In this document: one piece after another, positions 62,181 through 64,000 of the stretch
How positions within the stretch are numbered: position 1 is the first letter of the stretch
Layout: each line of letters opens with the position of its first letter
NCBI GenBank assembly: GCA_907165135.1
Contig: OU015568.1
Span: 15,201,208-15,265,207, forward strand
Source: Oikopleura dioica
Taxonomy: Eukaryota; Animalia; Chordata
Direction of reading: 5' to 3'
Length of the DNA stretch: 64,000 bases
Position numbers and translations under genes: made by a program
The notes under the pieces: model-generated
Told to the model about the DNA's origin: nothing
Database searches by the model: none
What the model saw: only the letters and a program-made list of their open reading frames with translations

Positions 62181-63433
62181 ATGACAAACGCGATCACATC
62201 TGGACGAGTTAACTTCAAATCGAGAGAAGGTACTTTTGGAATGATGAATTCGACACAGTACACGCCCATCCAGCCCAGAATACCGACATTTGTCGCAGAG
62301 GCTGTTACAGAGACCCAAGAATCAGAAGGTAATCTCGATCTTGGCCTCAATCAGGATTTTGTCAATGAAAACCTGGACGACCTTTTTGGTTTCCAAGGCC
62401 ACACGATGGGCGAGCAATACGTCCAAGACACAGCGACAGAAATCGCCGCCCACCCGCTAGTGGAAACTCCGCCTCCTGAACAACTTCAGAGCACGCTCGA
62501 TTTTGTAAGTCTCTAACCCTCTTTTCTTCTTTCAAATACTCTTTTCAGAGCGGCGTTGCCAAGACAGAGCAAGGAATAGACGCCAACAAGATCGAGCTCA
62601 CATTTCCCCAGCATCCGCTCAAAGCGAATGGGATCTCGTACTTCAACGACAAGGGAGTTCTCTACGCCACGCATCGACTGAAAGATCAGAAACAGGTGCC
62701 GTTTGGAATCAGCGGGATCTCCGAACGAACCCATCCGGCTTTTATCGCCTTCATGTACGCCTCCATCCCTGGCAATCACCGAGAAATCACTGTCTGCCAG
62801 AAACACGCCACTGAATACATGTTGCAGAACGACTTCTTCATGAATATCAACTTCCAAGGCCAACAACTTACGGTCGATGAAAACGTCATCGTCGACGGTA
62901 AATACGTCCGTGCCCGTCGCCTCCCAATCGTCCACGAAATCGGCCGAGACAACGATAGGACTTATCATGTCATGTTCAACTGCACCAACTCCTGCTTGTC
63001 AAATCGCGAAGAGCGAAAGAAGCTGACCCTGAATGTCGTCATTTTGAACAAATACGACCGAAGCATCTTCAAGCATCTAACTCAGCGCGTGATCATCTCC
63101 GCCAATGCTGGCCGAGATGCCGGTGTCTTCAAAGGGGCAACTAAAAGGAAGAGTGAAATCGCCTCGACCTTCGACCCAAGCTACAAGAAAGAGCGACTCG
63201 AGGCAATTCCTTCGACACAGATCAAAGTAAAGACTCCCGATGGGGATTACCGCCCAGCAAACATCGGAGAGCGAATATCTGCCAGAGTCGGTGCTTACAG
63301 GAACTCCCTACCGGACTCAATGTCCGAGCCGATGAAGGACCTGAAACAGAAGGAAATGGAGAAGAGGATAGATGCAATGGTCCGCTGCCAGATCGAGACG
63401 CAGCAGCAAATAGACCAGGCATTGGAGACATAA
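62181..63433 (+). CDS. TP53-like: Highly divergent p53/p63/p73-family protein (2 exons)
   Basis: Acidic N-terminus, in-frame intron 62505-62548, ITVCQKH (~VRRCPHH), FNCTNSC (~YMCNSSC), QRVIISANAGRD (~VRVCACPGRD), a basic KRK segment and a helical C-terminus. Confidence 0.65.
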
Positions 63434-64000
63434 AAGCAGCAGACAAACTTCGAACCCGATTGGTTATATGAAAAAGTATTGACTCTATTCACTGTATCTT
63501 CCTTATTTTTATTCAAGTTGGAACCCGGCCGGCTTGCCGTCAAACAACAATGGACATAAACGAATGGAACGATAAACGATTGCTGCAAAAACGAACGATA
63601 TCTGATACAACCGATGGCCCTGGTAGGAACGAAACTGAAAAAAACATGCAATTATATATGTATTATCTTAATTACTGGGCCCTTTTTACACCGCATTTTT
63701 TACGATACAAAAACACAGAAAACACTATCACATAAAAAAGACAAAACTCTTTAGAAAAAAAAACCAGCTAAAAATTTCAAAACTAGAAAAATTCAAAAAC
63801 TAGCCTATGAAAAAATTGCTTTACTTTTGTATAAGTTTGTCGCTTACTAATTTATTCGATTGAGTTGTGCCTTTTTTGCGACCTCGGGTCTCCTCTACTC
63901 AAGCAGGTCCGAGGTCAAACGAATATATCCTGTGTATATTACTATCTTGCGCCCGTGTATTTTATTTACTACAGTTTCACCGACCTTACTTTGACTCAAA

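Noticed and set aside
1-64000. tRNA, rRNA, CRISPR arrays or an autonomous transposase/retroelement ORF
   Set aside because: None were recognisable by eye. tRNAscan-SE and Infernal would be needed to exclude small ncRNAs.

Overview
This is gene-dense eukaryotic DNA, not prokaryotic. It has ~40-60 nt introns, GA-AG introns, same-strand genes separated by only 60-300 bp, and a connexin (a chordate family), which together point to an appendicularian tunicate, most likely Oikopleura (inference). The supplied ORF track ignores splicing, so I rebuilt the gene models by hand; it also mislabels 47136..47660 as + when it is on the - strand. About 24 genes are supportable: a POGZ/ZNF280-like zinc-finger protein with a C-terminal FN3 domain, TMED10, two chromodomain proteins, AP-3 beta, two tandem VDAC-like porins, a Rab8/10-type GTPase, MYG1, Pumilio, TAF12, a J-domain protein, a YccV-domain protein, TTC13, a connexin, a PLA2-like protein, an N/Q-rich protein, GATAD1-like, SLC25A15 with SLC35B1 nested antisense in its last intron, a Zic-like factor with 3 extra fingers, C2CD3, DXO and a divergent p53-family protein. 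There are also three non-autonomous DNA transposons. The standout is a gene at 12587..17623 encoding a complete tetraspanin fused to about nine NHERF/PDZK1-type PDZ domains, with the fusion point inside a single exon.
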